DNA of 64,000 bases from an uncultured Hyphomicrobiales bacterium (GTDB taxonomy: Bacteria > Pseudomonadota > Alphaproteobacteria > Rhizobiales > Beijerinckiaceae): positions 313,000-376,999 of the forward strand of contig CAINED010000013.1 of the NCBI GenBank assembly GCA_903847605.1, in the 5' to 3' direction. Positions within the stretch are counted from its first letter, which is position 1; every line of letters begins with the position of its first letter. Below are positions 62,555 to 64,000 of the stretch, piece by piece. The notes under the pieces are model-generated. The model was not told the DNA's origin, did no database searches, and saw only the letters and a program-made list of their open reading frames with translations. A program made the position numbers and the translations under genes.

Positions 62555-63553
62555 CTATTCCCTGCGCTGCGGCCGCGAGAGCAGCGAATCGATAGCGCCG
62601 GGCACATCGATCCTGCCGGTGAGCAAGGCATCCACGGCTTCGCAGATAGGCGCTTCGATGTCCTTCTTGCGCGCCATTTCGACGAGAACGCTTGCGGTGA
62701 ATGCGCCTTCGGCAAGCTTGCCTCCGCTCGCCTGTTCGACGGTCTTGCCGCGCCCGAGAGCAACGCCGAAAGCGAAATTGCGCGATTGTTCGGAACTGCA
62801 TGTGAGTACGAGATCGCCGAGGCCCGACAATCCCATCAGTGTCTCGCTACGCGCGCCATAGGCCGCGCCGAAACGCCGCAATTCCGCAAAGCCGCGGGCG
62901 ATCAGCGCCGCATTGGCGCTCGCGCCGAGGCCGCAGCCCGTCGCGATGCCGCAAGCGATGGCGAGCACGTTCTTTGCCGAGCCGCCAATTTCGACTCCGC
63001 GCATGTCGTCGCTGTGATAAAGGCGAAACGTCGAAGTGCCCAGCGCTTCGGCGAGCGCGCGTGCAAGCTCGCCATCATGCGCGGCAATCGTGACTGCCGT
63101 TGGCAAGCCCCTGGCAACGTCATGGGCGAAACTCGGACCCGACAGCAAGGCGAGCGGCACATGAGGCAGTGCCTGCGCGACCGCTTCGCCCATGAACAAT
63201 TGGGTGCCGCGTTCGATGCCCTTGGCGCAAATCACGACGGGCGCATTCGCCTTGACCAGCGGCGCAATCGCGGAAGCGCTGTCGCGCTGCGCCTGGGCCG
63301 GAACCACGAGCAGGATTACATCGGCGTCCCGCACGCAACCGAGATCGCTCACGGGCGATACCGCGCTTTCGATGGAAATGCCCTGAAGATAGCGCTTGTT
63401 TTCGTGGCCTTCTGCTATCTCGTCCATCTGCGCGGCATTGCGGCCCCATAGATAAACATCGTGTCCGGCGCGCGCCGCGACATTGGCGAGCGCCGTGCCC
63501 CAGCTCCCCGCGCCGAGAACGGCGACTTTCCCGAATGTGCGTAAGGGGTTCAT
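62555..63553 (-). CDS. gpsA: NAD(P)H-dependent glycerol-3-phosphate dehydrogenase
   Basis: 332 aa with N-terminal VAVLGAGSWGTALA and a typical GpsA core (AKGIE, GLGDL). Confidence 0.95.
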   Translation of the reverse strand: MNPLRTFGKVAVLGAGSWGTALANVAARAGHDVYLWGRNAAQMDEIAEGHENKRYLQGISIESAVSPVSDLGCVRDADVILLVVPAQAQRDSASAIAPLVKANAPVVICAKGIERGTQLFMGEAVAQALPHVPLALLSGPSFAHDVARGLPTAVTIAAHDGELARALAEALGTSTFRLYHSDDMRGVEIGGSAKNVLAIACGIATGCGLGASANAALIARGFAELRRFGAAYGARSETLMGLSGLGDLVLTCSSEQSRNFAFGVALGRGKTVEQASGGKLAEGAFTASVLVEMARKKDIEAPICEAVDALLTGRIDVPGAIDSLLSRPQRRE

Positions 63554-63583
63554 GCGCAGTCTGTTCTTCTCTTTGAATGCTGG

Positions 63584-63630
63584 GAGCGAGTCCCGATCGA
63601 AGTTATCGCCAGTTTTCGGGACACGCTCTA
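63584..63630 (-). other. inverted repeat abutting the TAG stop of the PLD-like gene
   Basis: The minus strand reads TAGAGCGTGTCCCGA-19 nt-TCGGGACTCGCTC, a 13-bp stem with one mismatch. The first 8 nt resemble the TAGAGCAT terminus of the repeat at 58253. No T-tract follows. Confidence 0.4.
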
Positions 63631-64000
63631 TCGCATGGCCGGGGCTGGAAAAGGTTCGCTACCACGCCGGGTCCACATATATTCGAATTGTTGCACGAAC
63701 TGCGCAACCACATCGGCGCTTTCGACGAGGATGAGATCGTTGTCCTGCCTGCGCGCGCCGGAAAAGGAAAAGTTCGACGATCCCGTGCGCAGCACGCGAC
63801 CGTCGACCTGATAGGCCTTGAGGTGCATGAGGTCGTTGCCGCCCATCTTCATCTTTGCCTCGACATTCGGCTGGCGAAACAATGTCCAGAAGGGTGAGGA
63901 GGTGTCGGGATTCTTTGTCGCGGGTTGGTCCGGGTCGAGATAGATGCGCAGCTTCACGCCGCGCCGTGCCGCATCGGCAAGGGCGTTGATGATCGTGTTG
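63628..64000 (-). CDS. phospholipase D / Nuc-like endonuclease family protein, C-terminal part (N-terminus beyond window)
   Basis: HKD motif MHLKAYQVDGRVLRTGSSNFS. The reading frame stays open upstream of the listed GTG to the window edge (..NTIINALADAARRGVKLRIYLD). Confidence 0.8.
   Translation of the reverse strand, partial: NTIINALADAARRGVKLRIYLDPDQPATKNPDTSSPFWTLFRQPNVEAKMKMGGNDLMHLKAYQVDGRVLRTGSSNFSFSGARRQDNDLILVESADVVAQFVQQFEYMWTRRGSEPFPAPAMR

Overview
This 64-kb window is a high-GC chromosomal segment. Gene content and order look alphaproteobacterial, Hyphomicrobiales/Rhizobiales-like: sdhCDAB, mdh-sucCDAB-lpd, purC-S-Q...purL, secA/ppiC/argJ/mutT, xerC and xerD. That placement is inference from synteny; no database search was possible.

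Nearly all of the window is tightly packed core metabolism and housekeeping: ETF and hbd, lysA/argH, the TCA cycle block, purine synthesis, BolA/Grx4, scoAB, an aroK-aroB fusion, accA, secA, argJ and gpsA. There is one tRNA, tRNA-Ala(CGC). I found no rRNA, CRISPR array, transposase, phage genes or recognisable defence system. The only recombinases are the housekeeping XerC and XerD.

I do not see a clear new multi-gene system. The items most worth a second look are:
- A MITE/RIME-like two-hairpin repeat of about 110 nt. Two good copies sit in opposite orientation (39089-39203 and 58253-58366). They match at 89/110 positions by hand alignment, show two compensatory base-pair changes, and each overlaps a TAG stop codon. 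There is also a degenerate copy at 884-980 and a possible solo hairpin at 63584-63630.
- A tightly coupled three-gene cassette of unknown substrate at 39201-41501: dienelactone hydrolase, an 89-aa unknown protein, and an extended alpha/beta hydrolase. It lies next to an orphan TctC-like binding protein downstream of the tRNA.
- Several small or uncharacterised ORFs embedded in core operons.

Product calls come from motifs recognised by eye in the supplied translations. DUF/TIGR family names are from memory and need HMM confirmation. Many long antisense ORFs in the track are high-GC mirror-frame artefacts and were rejected.
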